Virus record (IMG/VR): IMGVR_UViG_3300029988_000010
Location: 1 to 57,979 of that record
Length of the DNA: 57,979 nt
Source of the DNA: a virus
Taxonomy: Duplodnaviria; Caudoviricetes
Direction: 5' to 3' (one strand)
Numbering within the stretch: the first letter of the stretch is position 1; each line of letters begins with the position of its first letter. The notes beneath the pieces were generated by a model. It was not told the DNA's origin, made no database searches, and was given only the letters and a program-made list of their open reading frames with translations. Shown here piece after piece: positions 1 to 8,696 of this stretch. Position numbers and translations under genes: made by a program.

Positions 1-126
1 GCTCAAAGGCCTGGACGGAATACCACGCCGCGCGCTCTCGCGCGGAGGTGGCGGCGGCGGCGGCGGTGGCGGCGGTGGCGGTGGTGGCGGCGGTGGAGGT
101 GGCGGCGGTGGAGGTGGTGGCGGCGG
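1..126. repeat. Terminal direct repeat, left copy (circular contig overlap)
   Basis: Bases 1-126 equal 57840-57965; the two copies diverge from base 127/57966. Confidence 0.95.
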
Positions 127-335
127 TGGCGGCGGAGGTGGCGGAGGTGGCGGCGGTGGCGGAGGTGGCGGCGGTGGTGGTGGCGGCGGCGGTGGTGGCG
201 GAGGTGGCGGTGGCGGAGGTGGCGGCGGCGGAGGTGGCGGCGGTGGTGGAGGTGGCGGCGGTGGCTCGCCGAGCCAGTTACGCGCGGTCCTTCGACACGC
301 TCCTGCACGTGATCGACGCCGAACTCGCGGCCTAA
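1..335 (+). CDS. 3' part of hypothetical protein spanning the circular junction; Ala/Val/Glu low-complexity C-terminus
   Basis: Same frame as the ORF starting at ATG 57305; TAA at 333-335. Confidence 0.8.
   Translation, partial: SKAWTEYHAARSRAEVAAAAAVAAVAVVAAVEVAAVEVVAAVAAEVAEVAAVAEVAAVVVAAAVVAEVAVAEVAAAEVAAVVEVAAVARRASYARSFDTLLHVIDAELAA
42..263 (+). repeat. Cryptic trinucleotide repeat, 74 codons of G(C/T/A)G
   Basis: Every in-frame codon is GCG, GTG or GAG. Confidence 0.95.
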
Positions 336-341
336 GCGCTA

Positions 342-390
342 GGGCCGACCGGTGGGCTCGTTGCCTTCGGCCTCGCTCACCGGTCGGCCC
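342..390. repeat. Intergenic hairpin (16-bp arms), possible terminator or REP-like element
   Basis: GGGCCGACCGGTGGGC...GCTCACCGGTCGGCCC just after a stop codon. Confidence 0.7.
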
Positions 391-420
391 ATCCTTGTTT
401 GATCCAATCCCGGAATTTTC

Positions 421-915
421 ATGACCGATCTGTTCGACCAGACCACAACCATCAAGGCCCTGACGCTCTGGCAGCCGTGGGCGTCGCTGTTCGCCGCCGG
501 CGTCAAGCGCCACGAGACCCGCGATTGGGCGACGCCCTATCGCGGTCCCATCGCCATCCACGCCGGCCTGACGATCGACGTCGTCGGCGCGCCGCATGCT
601 TTGGTCGAGGCCGCGCTCGGCCGGAACTGGCGCGGGATCGTGCCGGTCGGCATGATCGTCGCCATCGGCGAACTCACGGCATGCGTCGAAGGCGCGAGAC
701 TCGCGCCGTCGCTGACCGAAGCTGACCGCGCGGCCGGCAACTTCGCCGTGGGCCGGTTCGCATGGCGCATCGACAACCTTCGCCCGCTTGCCAAGCCCAT
801 CCCAGCGACCGGCCGCCAAGGCATCTGGAACTGGCAACCGCCGCACGACATCGGCTCCAACCTCAGGCCGCCCGTCAACCACGCCGCGCAAGCCAAATAC
901 ATCGGGTGGGCGTGA
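421..915 (+). CDS. ASCH domain protein
   Basis: KALTLWQPWASL...KRHETRDW...YRGPIAIHAG and GRQGIW motifs. Confidence 0.85.
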   Translation: MTDLFDQTTTIKALTLWQPWASLFAAGVKRHETRDWATPYRGPIAIHAGLTIDVVGAPHALVEAALGRNWRGIVPVGMIVAIGELTACVEGARLAPSLTEADRAAGNFAVGRFAWRIDNLRPLAKPIPATGRQGIWNWQPPHDIGSNLRPPVNHAAQAKYIGWA

Positions 916-1328
916 TGAAGCCGTCTTCGCAGCAGCGCGACCTGATCAAGGCTGTCGGCGCGTACTTCCGGTCGACCAAGCGGCAGATCGAGCCGTCACT
1001 CATCCAGGCCGCCGCGCGCGAACCGCTCTACGGCAAACCGGAGTTACGCAACATCCAGGTCGCCCAGAACGTGCTGCGCACCTGCATGGAAGCCACGTTC
1101 AGCCAAATGCTTCCCTACTCGGACATCACTCCCATCGAGCTGTCGATCCGGCTGGCCAGCTACGCGATCAGCGTGCTGCCGATCGAGCGCCAAGGCGCCG
1201 CGATCGAGGCCATGATCGCCACCCTGCCGGCGGCGCACCGCAAGCGCGTGAGCGCCGGGATCATCATCAAGACCGAATGGGGATCGGCCGACGCCAGCAC
1301 CCCGAATGTTCCGGAAGGGAGAGGCTGA
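915..1328 (+). CDS. Hypothetical protein
   Basis: ATG overlaps upstream TGA (TGATG coupling). Confidence 0.7.
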   Translation: MKPSSQQRDLIKAVGAYFRSTKRQIEPSLIQAAAREPLYGKPELRNIQVAQNVLRTCMEATFSQMLPYSDITPIELSIRLASYAISVLPIERQGAAIEAMIATLPAAHRKRVSAGIIIKTEWGSADASTPNVPEGRG

Positions 1329-1330
1329 CC

Positions 1331-2239
1331 ATGAAGCCCGACATCTGCATCTATCACGCGCCATGCCAGGACGGCTTCACCGCCGCCTGGGCGATCTGGA
1401 AACGCTGGCCCGACGTCGAATTCGTGCCCGGCGTCTATGGCGCCGAGCCGCCGGACGTGATGGGCAAGCGCGTGCTGATCGTTGACTTCAGCTATAAGGC
1501 GCCAGTTCTACGCCGCATGGCCGAAAGCGCGGCCTTCATCGCGGTGCTCGACCACCACAAGAGCGCCCAGGCCGACCTCGCGGACTTCGTGGTCGACGCG
1601 ATCGACTGGCAGCCGCGCCACGAGGACCAGGGCCTCGCCGGCGGCGCCGGCCAAAACATCCAGGCACTGTTCGACATGAACAGGTCCGGCGCGATGCTGG
1701 CTTGGCGGTACGCCTTCCTGAGCAGCGCCCCGGCGATCGTCCGACATGTTCAGGATCGCGACCTTTGGCGGTTCGAATTGCCATGGACCCGCGAAATCGC
1801 CGCCGTCCTGTTCAGCCACGAATACACTTTCGAAGCATGGGATGCGATCGCCCGCGACCTCGAGGCGCCCCTGACGTGCGAGATCATCGCCGCGCAGGGC
1901 CAAGCCATCGAGCGCAAGCACCGCAAGGACGTCGCCGAGCTGCTGAAAATGACTACGCGGCCGATGGTGATCGGCGGCCAATGTGTCAAGGTCGCCTGCA
2001 TCCCCTACACCCTGAGCAGCGACGCCGCGAACACCCTGGCCGAAGGGGCGCCCTTCGGCGCCTGCTACTATGATAACGCCGACGGGCGGCGCGTCTTCTC
2101 GTTGAGATCGAAAGACGGCGGCGCGGACGTCTCTGAGATCGCCGTCCGCTATGGCGGCGGCGGCCACGCCCGCGCGGCCGGCTTCTCCATGCCACAGGGC
2201 TGGGAAGGCGATTACGACCCGCGCGGGGTGATGGTCTGA
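1331..2239 (+). CDS. DHH/DHHA1 phosphoesterase
   Basis: YHAPCQDG, VDFSY, LDHH, FSLRS and GGGGH motifs. Confidence 0.9.
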   Translation: MKPDICIYHAPCQDGFTAAWAIWKRWPDVEFVPGVYGAEPPDVMGKRVLIVDFSYKAPVLRRMAESAAFIAVLDHHKSAQADLADFVVDAIDWQPRHEDQGLAGGAGQNIQALFDMNRSGAMLAWRYAFLSSAPAIVRHVQDRDLWRFELPWTREIAAVLFSHEYTFEAWDAIARDLEAPLTCEIIAAQGQAIERKHRKDVAELLKMTTRPMVIGGQCVKVACIPYTLSSDAANTLAEGAPFGACYYDNADGRRVFSLRSKDGGADVSEIAVRYGGGGHARAAGFSMPQGWEGDYDPRGVMV

Positions 2240-2433
2240 TGGTCGTCTTCACCAATGAGATAGACCGGGTCGTCAGCGTGAACGTCGAGCGCCTCGGCCA
2301 ATTCGAGTTCCGTCCGGGGGTCTGGGCGCAAGGCGTCACGATCATCATCGAGGAGACGGATAACGAGCTGGCCGCCACCTTGACCAACGACGAGGCCCAA
2401 GCGTTGCTTGGCCAGTTGCGGGCGGTGCTGTGA
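2239..2433 (+). CDS. Hypothetical protein
   Basis: Translationally coupled at both ends. Confidence 0.6.
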   Translation: MVVFTNEIDRVVSVNVERLGQFEFRPGVWAQGVTIIIEETDNELAATLTNDEAQALLGQLRAVL

Positions 2434-2720
2434 TGGAGCCGCTCTGTCACGCCGTCTGCTGCACCGTCCGGCGCAAGCGCGGCCAGTTCATGTGCCTCAA
2501 CCACTGGCGGCGGCTGCCGCATGCCCTCCGCGACCAGATCAACGCCACGTGGCGCGCGTGGCAGGCCCGCGAGAACGACGGCTCGGCGCTCTGGCTCGCC
2601 TACGTCGAAGCCTGCGACGAAGCCCGGCGCTGGACCGCCGAGGGTGAAGGCCACATAGCCCAGTTCGAGGCCGACGCGCCGCGCATCCGGGCGCTCCACG
2701 CCCTGCGGGAGGCGCGGTGA
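2433..2720 (+). CDS. Hypothetical protein, possible Zn-binding (C-C/C-H)
   Basis: CHAVCC...MCLNHW; coupled start and stop. Confidence 0.65.
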   Translation: MEPLCHAVCCTVRRKRGQFMCLNHWRRLPHALRDQINATWRAWQARENDGSALWLAYVEACDEARRWTAEGEGHIAQFEADAPRIRALHALREAR

Positions 2721-3124
2721 TGACCCTGAGGCCCTGGCCCATATTCCGCGTCGAGGTCTATTCCTTCGAACCCTCCCTCTACACCGCCCCGACGCGGTCC
2801 AAGGCTCGCTGGCGCGCGTTCGAGGCCTTCCGGGAATACCGGTCGAGCGAGTCCTTCGTCGAGTTCCTGGAGCGCGGCGTGAAAATATCTAAGGTGGAGA
2901 CGCCTTTGGCCGACGACGGCTACGACAACGTCCGCGCCCAATACGGCGTCAGCCCGTCGATCGGCACAACCTACCGCCTCGACCATGAAGGCCCGAACTC
3001 TGGCCGGGAGGTCCTCTGCCTCTACCCGGGCAAGCACACCTGTATGATCCATTGCGCCTATGAGGGCGCGGGTCGCGCGATGATCGTGCATCCGATGAAC
3101 ATCCGACCGGCTGACGGCGCCTGA
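2720..3124 (+). CDS. Hypothetical protein
   Basis: Coupled ATG with GGAGG upstream. Confidence 0.65.
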   Translation: MTLRPWPIFRVEVYSFEPSLYTAPTRSKARWRAFEAFREYRSSESFVEFLERGVKISKVETPLADDGYDNVRAQYGVSPSIGTTYRLDHEGPNSGREVLCLYPGKHTCMIHCAYEGAGRAMIVHPMNIRPADGA

Positions 3125-3126
3125 CG

Positions 3127-3252
3127 ATGGCCGTGCCAGCCCCTCAGCCGCGGCCCCTCGACCCCGCCATCGTGCGGGTGATCGAAGCGCTTGCGCGTTG
3201 GCAGGCGCGGAAGGACTATGCCGCTACCCGAAAGCAGGAAACACCCCGATGA
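3127..3252 (+). CDS. 41-aa hypothetical protein (not in ORF track)
   Basis: MAVPAPQPRPLDPAIVRVIEALARWQARKDY...; its TGA overlaps the next ATG. Confidence 0.55.
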   Translation: MAVPAPQPRPLDPAIVRVIEALARWQARKDYAATRKQETPR

Positions 3253-3494
3253 TTGAATTTCTGACCGCAACCCAGGTCCGTCAACGGTTTGGCGGCATCA
3301 GCGACATGACGCTCTGGCGCTGGATGCACGATGAGCGGGTCGGCTTTCCGCGGCCCACGGTGATAAACCGGCGGCGCTACTTTCGCGAGTCCGACATTGC
3401 GGAATTTCAATCCCGCGCAACGGAATCCCCGGTGGGTTCAGAGGCCAGATCGCTGCCGCCTCAATCCCGCGAACTGGCCACTAAACGCCCCTGA
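3249..3494 (+). CDS. AlpA-family HTH protein, candidate excisionase/RDF
   Basis: FLTATQVRQRFGGISDMTLWRW...FPRP...RRYFRESDI; coupled to the integrase. Confidence 0.8.
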   Translation: MIEFLTATQVRQRFGGISDMTLWRWMHDERVGFPRPTVINRRRYFRESDIAEFQSRATESPVGSEARSLPPQSRELATKRP

Positions 3495-5137
3495 TGCGCG
3501 TCGCCCTCTACGCCCGCTACAGCAACGACCGCCAGAACGAGCGCTCGATCGAGGATCAGTTCGCGGTCTGCCGCCGCCACGCCGAGGCGCGCGGCTGGAC
3601 CGTGGTCGCCGGCTTCTCCGACGCGGCGATCAGCGGCGCGGCCATGGCCAACCGGCCGGGCATCCTGTCGCTGCTGGCCTGCGCGGCGGCCGGCGAATTC
3701 GACCGGGTGCTGGTGGAAGACACCGACCGCCTGGCCCGCGACCGCGAGCACGACGCCCACATCTTCAAGCGGCTGACCTACGCCCATGTGATCATCTCGA
3801 CCCTGACCTCCGACCACGTCACCGCGATCGAGAGCACCTTCAAGGGGCTGATGAACGAGCTCTACCTGGTCAACCTTAGCCAGAAGACCCGGCGCGGCAT
3901 GCGCGCCAACGCCGAGCAGGGGCTGGCCACCGGCAGTCGGCTCTACGGCTACCGCTCGGCGCCCGGCGGGGCGACGGCCATCGTCGAGGCGGAGGCGCAG
4001 GTGGTGCGGGAAATCTTCGCCCGCTTCGCCGCCGGCGAGACCGGCCGGGCCATCGCCGGCGACCTCAACGCCCGCGCCATCCCGTCGACCCGAGGCGGCG
4101 CCTGGACCGGCGTGCAGATCGTCGGCAACCGCAAGCGCGGCAACGGCGTACTCTACACCGAGCTTTACGCCGGGGTGAAGGTCTGGAACCGCATGACCGT
4201 GGTCAAGGACCCCGACACCGGCAAGCGGCTGCCGCGCATGCACCCACCGTCCGAGTGGAAACGCACCCCGGCCGAACCCCTGCGGATCGTGCCCCAGGCC
4301 CTCTGGGACGCCGTCCAGGGCCGCAAGGCGGTGGAGGGCGAGCTGCACCCCGGCCAGATCAGCGCGCGGCGTAGGGGCGTCCTCTCAGGCCTGCTGAAGT
4401 GTGGTTGCTGCGCCGCCAGCTACACCAGCTATTCCAAGACCCGCCTGGTCTGCGCCGCCAACCGCGAGAAGGGCGCGGCCGTCTGCGACAACAGCCACAT
4501 GGCCGACCGCGCCGCCATCGAGGACCGCGTCCTCACCGGCCTGCGCGCCCAGCTGGCCAGCCCGGAAGCCGCCGCCCTCTATGTCCGCGCCTACCATGCG
4601 GCCTACGCCGAAGCCGCGGCGGCCGAGCGCCGCGAACGCGCGCCGATCGAGAAGCGGATCGCCGAGCTGCACCGCATCGAAAACCGCTACTGCGACGATG
4701 TCGAGGCCGGCCGCGCCACACAGAAGGGCTATGAGCGCGCCATCGCCGCCGAACAGGAACGCGCGACCCTCGAGGCCAAGCTGGCGGCGATCGACGCCGC
4801 AGAGGGCGCGGGTAGCCCAGCCATCGCCCTGCATCCTTCCGCCCCGGCCCGCTACGCCCAGCTGATCGACCAGCTGCACGCCACCCTGGCCACGGCCGGG
4901 ACCGACCCCGACGCCCGGCCGCTGATCGACGCCGTCCAAGGCCTGATCATCCGCATCGACCTGCACCCCGACGCCGGCGCGCCCAACGGCTTTCGCATCA
5001 ACCTTGTCGGCGACCTCGCGAAGTTCCTGGACGCGCGCGCCGAACAGGCCCGCAGAGCCGTTGGGGGTAAGTTGGTAGCTGGGGGCGGCAACCGACATAC
5101 ACCCAGCCCAAGAATGCCGGTAGATATCGCCGCGTAG
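3494..5137 (+). CDS. Large serine recombinase (integrase)
   Basis: ALYARYS catalytic motif, DRLAR, YGY, Zn ribbon LSGLLKCGCC, coiled coil. Confidence 0.95.
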   Translation: MRVALYARYSNDRQNERSIEDQFAVCRRHAEARGWTVVAGFSDAAISGAAMANRPGILSLLACAAAGEFDRVLVEDTDRLARDREHDAHIFKRLTYAHVIISTLTSDHVTAIESTFKGLMNELYLVNLSQKTRRGMRANAEQGLATGSRLYGYRSAPGGATAIVEAEAQVVREIFARFAAGETGRAIAGDLNARAIPSTRGGAWTGVQIVGNRKRGNGVLYTELYAGVKVWNRMTVVKDPDTGKRLPRMHPPSEWKRTPAEPLRIVPQALWDAVQGRKAVEGELHPGQISARRRGVLSGLLKCGCCAASYTSYSKTRLVCAANREKGAAVCDNSHMADRAAIEDRVLTGLRAQLASPEAAALYVRAYHAAYAEAAAAERRERAPIEKRIAELHRIENRYCDDVEAGRATQKGYERAIAAEQERATLEAKLAAIDAAEGAGSPAIALHPSAPARYAQLIDQLHATLATAGTDPDARPLIDAVQGLIIRIDLHPDAGAPNGFRINLVGDLAKFLDARAEQARRAVGGKLVAGGGNRHTPSPRMPVDIAA

Positions 5138-5143
5138 CGGCAG

Positions 5144-5160
5144 CGCGCACGGCGTGCGCG
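5144..5160. repeat. 17-bp palindrome CGCGCACG(G/C)CGTGCGCG, first of 9 copies
   Basis: Other exact copies start at 10653, 22125, 27915, 29773, 33401, 42684, 47786 and 54475. Confidence 0.95.
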
Positions 5161-5245
5161 ACACTGAATCGAAAATGGCCGCGAGGGAAGCGGTTGAGGG
5201 CGCCGCTACACGCGCCTATGTTCCCGCCTTGTTCAGGTCGGACCT

Positions 5246-5557
5246 ATGCCCCGCGATCCCAACGCCCTTCACGTCTCGATCAGTCCGGAGATCGACCACG
5301 TTCCGTTCGGCGACTATGAGGGGCTGCTGTGGACGCTGGAGATCCAGTGCTGGTCGTGCAAGCGTGAAACCGTCTATGGCCCGGCCGAGGTCGCGGCCAT
5401 CTTCGGCGCGCATCGCACGACCGGCGACCTCAGCCGGCTCGGTCGCTGCCAGACGCCCGCATGCGGGCATAGCGCGCCCCACATGAAGACCGTGGTGATC
5501 GACCCGCCGGCGGACTACGTCGGCGGCTATCGCTCGCTACCGCCGCGCCGCGCATAA
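5246..5557 (+). CDS. Hypothetical Zn-ribbon-like protein
   Basis: CWSC and CQTPAC motifs. Confidence 0.65.
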   Translation: MPRDPNALHVSISPEIDHVPFGDYEGLLWTLEIQCWSCKRETVYGPAEVAAIFGAHRTTGDLSRLGRCQTPACGHSAPHMKTVVIDPPADYVGGYRSLPPRRA

Positions 5558-5588
5558 AAAAAGCCCCCGGCCGGGTTGGCCGAGGGCT
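5556..5588 (-). terminator. Rho-independent terminator ending the late operon
   Basis: A-run plus GCCCCCGGCC-loop-GGCCGAGGGC stem between convergent genes. Confidence 0.75.
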
Positions 5589-5622
5589 CAAGTCATCTGC
5601 GGGAGGGGAAGACCCGCGGATT

Positions 5623-6180
5623 TCAGCGAGGCTTGTCGATCGTCGAAGTTATGGTGGTCGACGACTTAACCTCGGGCGCGCGGTGGAAGTGATCGTTCGC
5701 CCATCCGCCGGCGAGGGCGAGGATGGCGGTGACGGCCGCAGCCAGCAGCGGCGTCAGCCAGCGGCTCAGCTTTTCGTCGTTCCGATCCTTGGTGACCGCG
5801 ACCTTCTCGTCGGCGCGGGACTTTTCGACCGCCAGTTCGCGGATCACGGCTGCGCGCTCAAGCGCGCGGATCTTATCGGCCTTCAGCTCGTCAACGATGG
5901 GCGTGATCTTGGCGACGGACTCGGCCAGGGTCGTGAACTGGGACTTGAGCGCCTCCTGCCCGTCCTTGATCTCGGTCAGCGCGCCGCCCAGGATGCCAAA
6001 CGCGGTCTGATCGTCAGCCTGGTGCTTGACGGCCGCGCCCTTGATTTCGGCCTGCTCGCTCCGGATGCCGCGCAAAATCTCAAGCATGGCCGCGTCGTCC
6101 TTTCCGCGCGACCGCGCTGACCGAGGTTTTGCAACAGACGGGTCCGGCTTGGACGCAGGCGATCGACCGCGGGCCGTCAT
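5623..6180 (-). CDS. Coiled-coil protein with C-terminal TM helix (lysis module)
   Basis: ATG overlaps the lipase stop; WLTPLLAAAVTAILALAGGW hydrophobic segment. Confidence 0.7.
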   Translation of the reverse strand: MTARGRSPASKPDPSVAKPRSARSRGKDDAAMLEILRGIRSEQAEIKGAAVKHQADDQTAFGILGGALTEIKDGQEALKSQFTTLAESVAKITPIVDELKADKIRALERAAVIRELAVEKSRADEKVAVTKDRNDEKLSRWLTPLLAAAVTAILALAGGWANDHFHRAPEVKSSTTITSTIDKPR

Positions 6181-7055
6181 GGAGCACCGCCATTTTTCGT
6201 GGCGCTGACGCTCCCTCCGGTCGTCGCTTGAGCGCGGCCGTTTCGCGCGGCGGCGATGGTTTCGAGGCGGCCGCGGTAGTTCCAGATCATGTGATCGTCG
6301 ACCGAGGTCACGTCGCGATCGAACAGGCCCTCGACGAAGGTCCAGAGGTCGATGGCGATCCGGGCCCAGAGGTTGCGGTCGCGCCGCAGGGCGACGGTGG
6401 GCGCCGCGCCTTTCAGCAGGCGCGGGTCGCCGGTATGGCGGAAGCCGGCCAGCGGCGGCGGCACGCCGGGCACCAGATCCCAATTGTCGACCAGGCGGTA
6501 GTGAGGACACTTGACCAGGGCGTCGAAGGCCTTGGTCGCCACGCGCGGGCTGCCGAAGGTGTAGCAGGCCGCCAGGGTGTCGCGCTCGAGGTCGGCCGCC
6601 GCCAGCTGCGCCAGGGCGCCGCCCAGGCTATGGCCGGTGATGTAGAGGCCCAGGTCCGGCGGCAAGGCGTTGACCCGCGCCCGGCACCAGGCCGCAATAT
6701 CGCCGTAGGCCTGCCAGAAGCCGGCGTGCACCGCGATCCCATCCCGGCCGGGCATGGGGATCAGCCGGGCGTCGAGATCGTAGCCCCAGTCGGCGAGGTC
6801 GGCCGTACCGCGGAATGACAGGATGGCCATCTCCGGCCCGTCGGCCAGGAACACCTGGATGTCGTCGGCGGTCAGGGCGGCGATGCGCCCAAAGCCGCCC
6901 GGCGCGATCATGGTGTTGATCGCCTCCGGGCGGGCATAGGCGTACTGGGCGAACCTGGCCATCAGCAGCGCCGTGCGGTCGCTGTAGGCGGCGCGCCAGG
7001 TCGGGGCCAGACGCGCGTCGTCTGGCCCGAGCGGCGCCATGGCGGGATCGGTCAT
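6177..7055 (-). CDS. Lipase class 3 (alpha/beta hydrolase)
   Basis: FRGT, VHAGF, ITGHSLGGALA, YTFGSPRV, DLVP motifs. Confidence 0.9.
   Translation of the reverse strand: MTDPAMAPLGPDDARLAPTWRAAYSDRTALLMARFAQYAYARPEAINTMIAPGGFGRIAALTADDIQVFLADGPEMAILSFRGTADLADWGYDLDARLIPMPGRDGIAVHAGFWQAYGDIAAWCRARVNALPPDLGLYITGHSLGGALAQLAAADLERDTLAACYTFGSPRVATKAFDALVKCPHYRLVDNWDLVPGVPPPLAGFRHTGDPRLLKGAAPTVALRRDRNLWARIAIDLWTFVEGLFDRDVTSVDDHMIWNYRGRLETIAAARNGRAQATTGGSVSATKNGGAP
6202..6235 (-). repeat. CAAG bulged-hairpin element (divergent), in lipase 3' end
   Basis: GCGCT-CAAGC...GTC-AGCGC followed by CACGAAAAA on the minus strand. Confidence 0.7.
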
Positions 7056-7159
7056 GGCTGCGTCAGCACCATGGACATGACCACCACGAAGGCGATCACG
7101 TTCACCGCGACCAACGCCCAGGCCATCGGCGGCACGCGCCAGCGGTCTCTATCCGTCAT
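7052..7159 (-). CDS. 35-aa single-TM peptide (not in ORF track)
   Basis: MTDRDRWRVPPMAWALVAVNVIAFVVVMSMVLTQP; GGAGGG SD; ATGA overlap with the lipase. Confidence 0.6.
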   Translation of the reverse strand: MTDRDRWRVPPMAWALVAVNVIAFVVVMSMVLTQP

Positions 7160-7201
7160 GCGAAGCCCTCCGCTGGCGTGAAGCCGGCCGCCGACCGCGA
7201 C

Positions 7202-7717
7202 CTATTTGGTCGCGGTCGTGGTGGTGGCCGAGCCGGGCGCGACGCCGTCGCGGACGATGCTGGTCGGCGCGGCGCTCGGCAGCACCGTGTGGTTCAGCGC
7301 GGTGGCGACGACATCGGCAGGATGGGCCGTGGTCGCCGCGGCGGCGAGGATGGCGGCGCAGCCGTTGGCGGCCTCGTCGCCGGTGGCGATGGCGACCGAC
7401 GGCGAGCTGACGCCCGTGCCGGAGCCAACCGACGTCGCCGACGCCGTCGCCTTGCTGTTCAGGTTGGAGAAGGTGTCCGGGCTGTCGGTCTGGCCGCAGG
7501 CTGTCACGGTATCCTGGGTCTGGCCTTGCGGAATGAAGCGCGGCGCGCGGTCGACGGTCACGCTGAACTGGCCGGCGGTGACGCCGCTGTTGGCGTTCAT
7601 GTTGATGGCCACGCCCTGCACCTTGACGGCGTCATGGCTGGTCAGGGTGGTGCAGCCGGACAGCGCGACGGCGCCGATGGCGAGGGCGGCGAGGGCCGCG
7701 ATCGAGGCAAGTTTCAT
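7202..7717 (-). CDS. Lipoprotein
   Basis: Signal peptide with LSGC lipobox; AAGGAG SD. Confidence 0.8.
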   Translation of the reverse strand: MKLASIAALAALAIGAVALSGCTTLTSHDAVKVQGVAINMNANSGVTAGQFSVTVDRAPRFIPQGQTQDTVTACGQTDSPDTFSNLNSKATASATSVGSGTGVSSPSVAIATGDEAANGCAAILAAAATTAHPADVVATALNHTVLPSAAPTSIVRDGVAPGSATTTTATK

Positions 7718-7727
7718 GGTAGGCTCC

Positions 7728-8024
7728 TTAGGGTTGACGGGGTTGAACGGTGAGGCTTGCATTGGGGCTGTGCGCCCGGTCGATGATCGCGACGCTGCCG
7801 TGTTCCGGCAGCACCGCGCAGAACGACGCCGAAGCGCCGATGGTGACCTGGCCGCAGCCGGCGGCCAGGCCGAGGGAGGCCGAGCGGATGCCGGTCGCGT
7901 CGGCCTGTTTCTCGATGTGGACGACGCCCACGCCGACGTAGAGGTAGCTGTGGCCGCCGATCGGGAGGCCGGCGCAGCCTGAGAGCAGGAGGCAGCCGGC
8001 GAGAGCAGGCGAGCGGGTGATCAC
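7728..8024 (-). CDS. Small lipoprotein (o-spanin candidate)
   Basis: LLLSGC lipobox; GTG coupled to the upstream stop. Confidence 0.6.
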   Translation of the reverse strand: MITRSPALAGCLLLSGCAGLPIGGHSYLYVGVGVVHIEKQADATGIRSASLGLAAGCGQVTIGASASFCAVLPEHGSVAIIDRAHSPNASLTVQPRQP

Positions 8025-8230
8025 CGCGATCCGCGCCTGCCGCAGCACGACGCGTCGGGCTCGGGAATCGAAATGCTGATCAGCATTCCGCGAGCCTGTT
8101 TCTCGGCTATCTCCCGCATGCGCTTGGCGTACCGAGCGCACTGGCAATCAGGCCTGCAAAACGGCCTGTCGTCCGGCCGCGTGGCGCGAAGGCGACGCTG
8201 CCTGGCATCGAGGACGATCTGAGAAGTCAT
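8021..8230 (-). CDS. Hypothetical protein
   Basis: Coupled at both ends. Confidence 0.5.
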   Translation of the reverse strand: MTSQIVLDARQRRLRATRPDDRPFCRPDCQCARYAKRMREIAEKQARGMLISISIPEPDASCCGRRGSR

Positions 8231-8694
8231 GTCCCGACCTTCGGACCTTCGCGGCCGTCCATTTCGTACCAGGTGAACTCGCCATCCTCGCCGACCGGGA
8301 AGTGAGCGCCGCACGTGGTGCAGAAGGTGCCGCTGTAGAAGAAGGGGTCGCGGGCATACGTCGCCGCGATCTCGCGGCTCATGGTCGTGATCTTGCCGCA
8401 GGCCTGATGGCGATAGGCGTCGCGGAACGGTCGCACGAAGCCCTTGGACCGTTCGGACTCTGAGAGAACGACGTAGTCTTTCTGTTGACCGTTCGGCTTC
8501 AGCTCGCGGTGATCGTCGGTCACGGGTCCGCCGCCCGCCAGTTCGACCGCGTGACGGTCGACCGGGATGGCTTCAGCCTTCCTCCGCGCATCCTCCCGGT
8601 CGCGCTCACGCTGGGCGCCCGCTTGGCGACGCAGGCTCGCCGCATCCTCTTCAAGGCGCGACGCTTCGGCATCTAGGTCGGCTGCTGATCGCAT
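8227..8694 (-). CDS. Hypothetical phage protein with HxxC/CxxC motifs
   Basis: YRHQACG...TFCTTCGAHFP. Confidence 0.75.
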   Translation of the reverse strand: MRSAADLDAEASRLEEDAASLRRQAGAQRERDREDARRKAEAIPVDRHAVELAGGGPVTDDHRELKPNGQQKDYVVLSESERSKGFVRPFRDAYRHQACGKITTMSREIAATYARDPFFYSGTFCTTCGAHFPVGEDGEFTWYEMDGREGPKVGT

Positions 8695-8696
8695 GG

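Noticed and set aside
1-126. Physical terminal repeat of the virion DNA
   Set aside because: The overlap falls mid-gene at a low-complexity repeat, and HNH-terS-terL suggests cos packaging near 38.26 kb; it is most likely an assembly overlap.
42-263. DGR variable region (minus strand reads CNC)
   Set aside because: No reverse transcriptase or template repeat is present, CCC is absent, and GAG is always followed by GTG, which is not random A-mutagenesis.
3407-3471. 11-bp direct repeat TCAATCCCGCG in the AlpA gene
   Set aside because: Only two copies, with no support as an att site or target duplication.
5072-5090. tRNA 3'-end-like TGGTAGCTGGGGG in the integrase end
   Set aside because: Too short, with no T-loop match; no tRNA gene can be supported.
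5853-5868. CGCGCTCAAGCGCGCG as another element copy
   Set aside because: It lacks the inner hairpin and GRTAG arm and is explained by RALERA codons.
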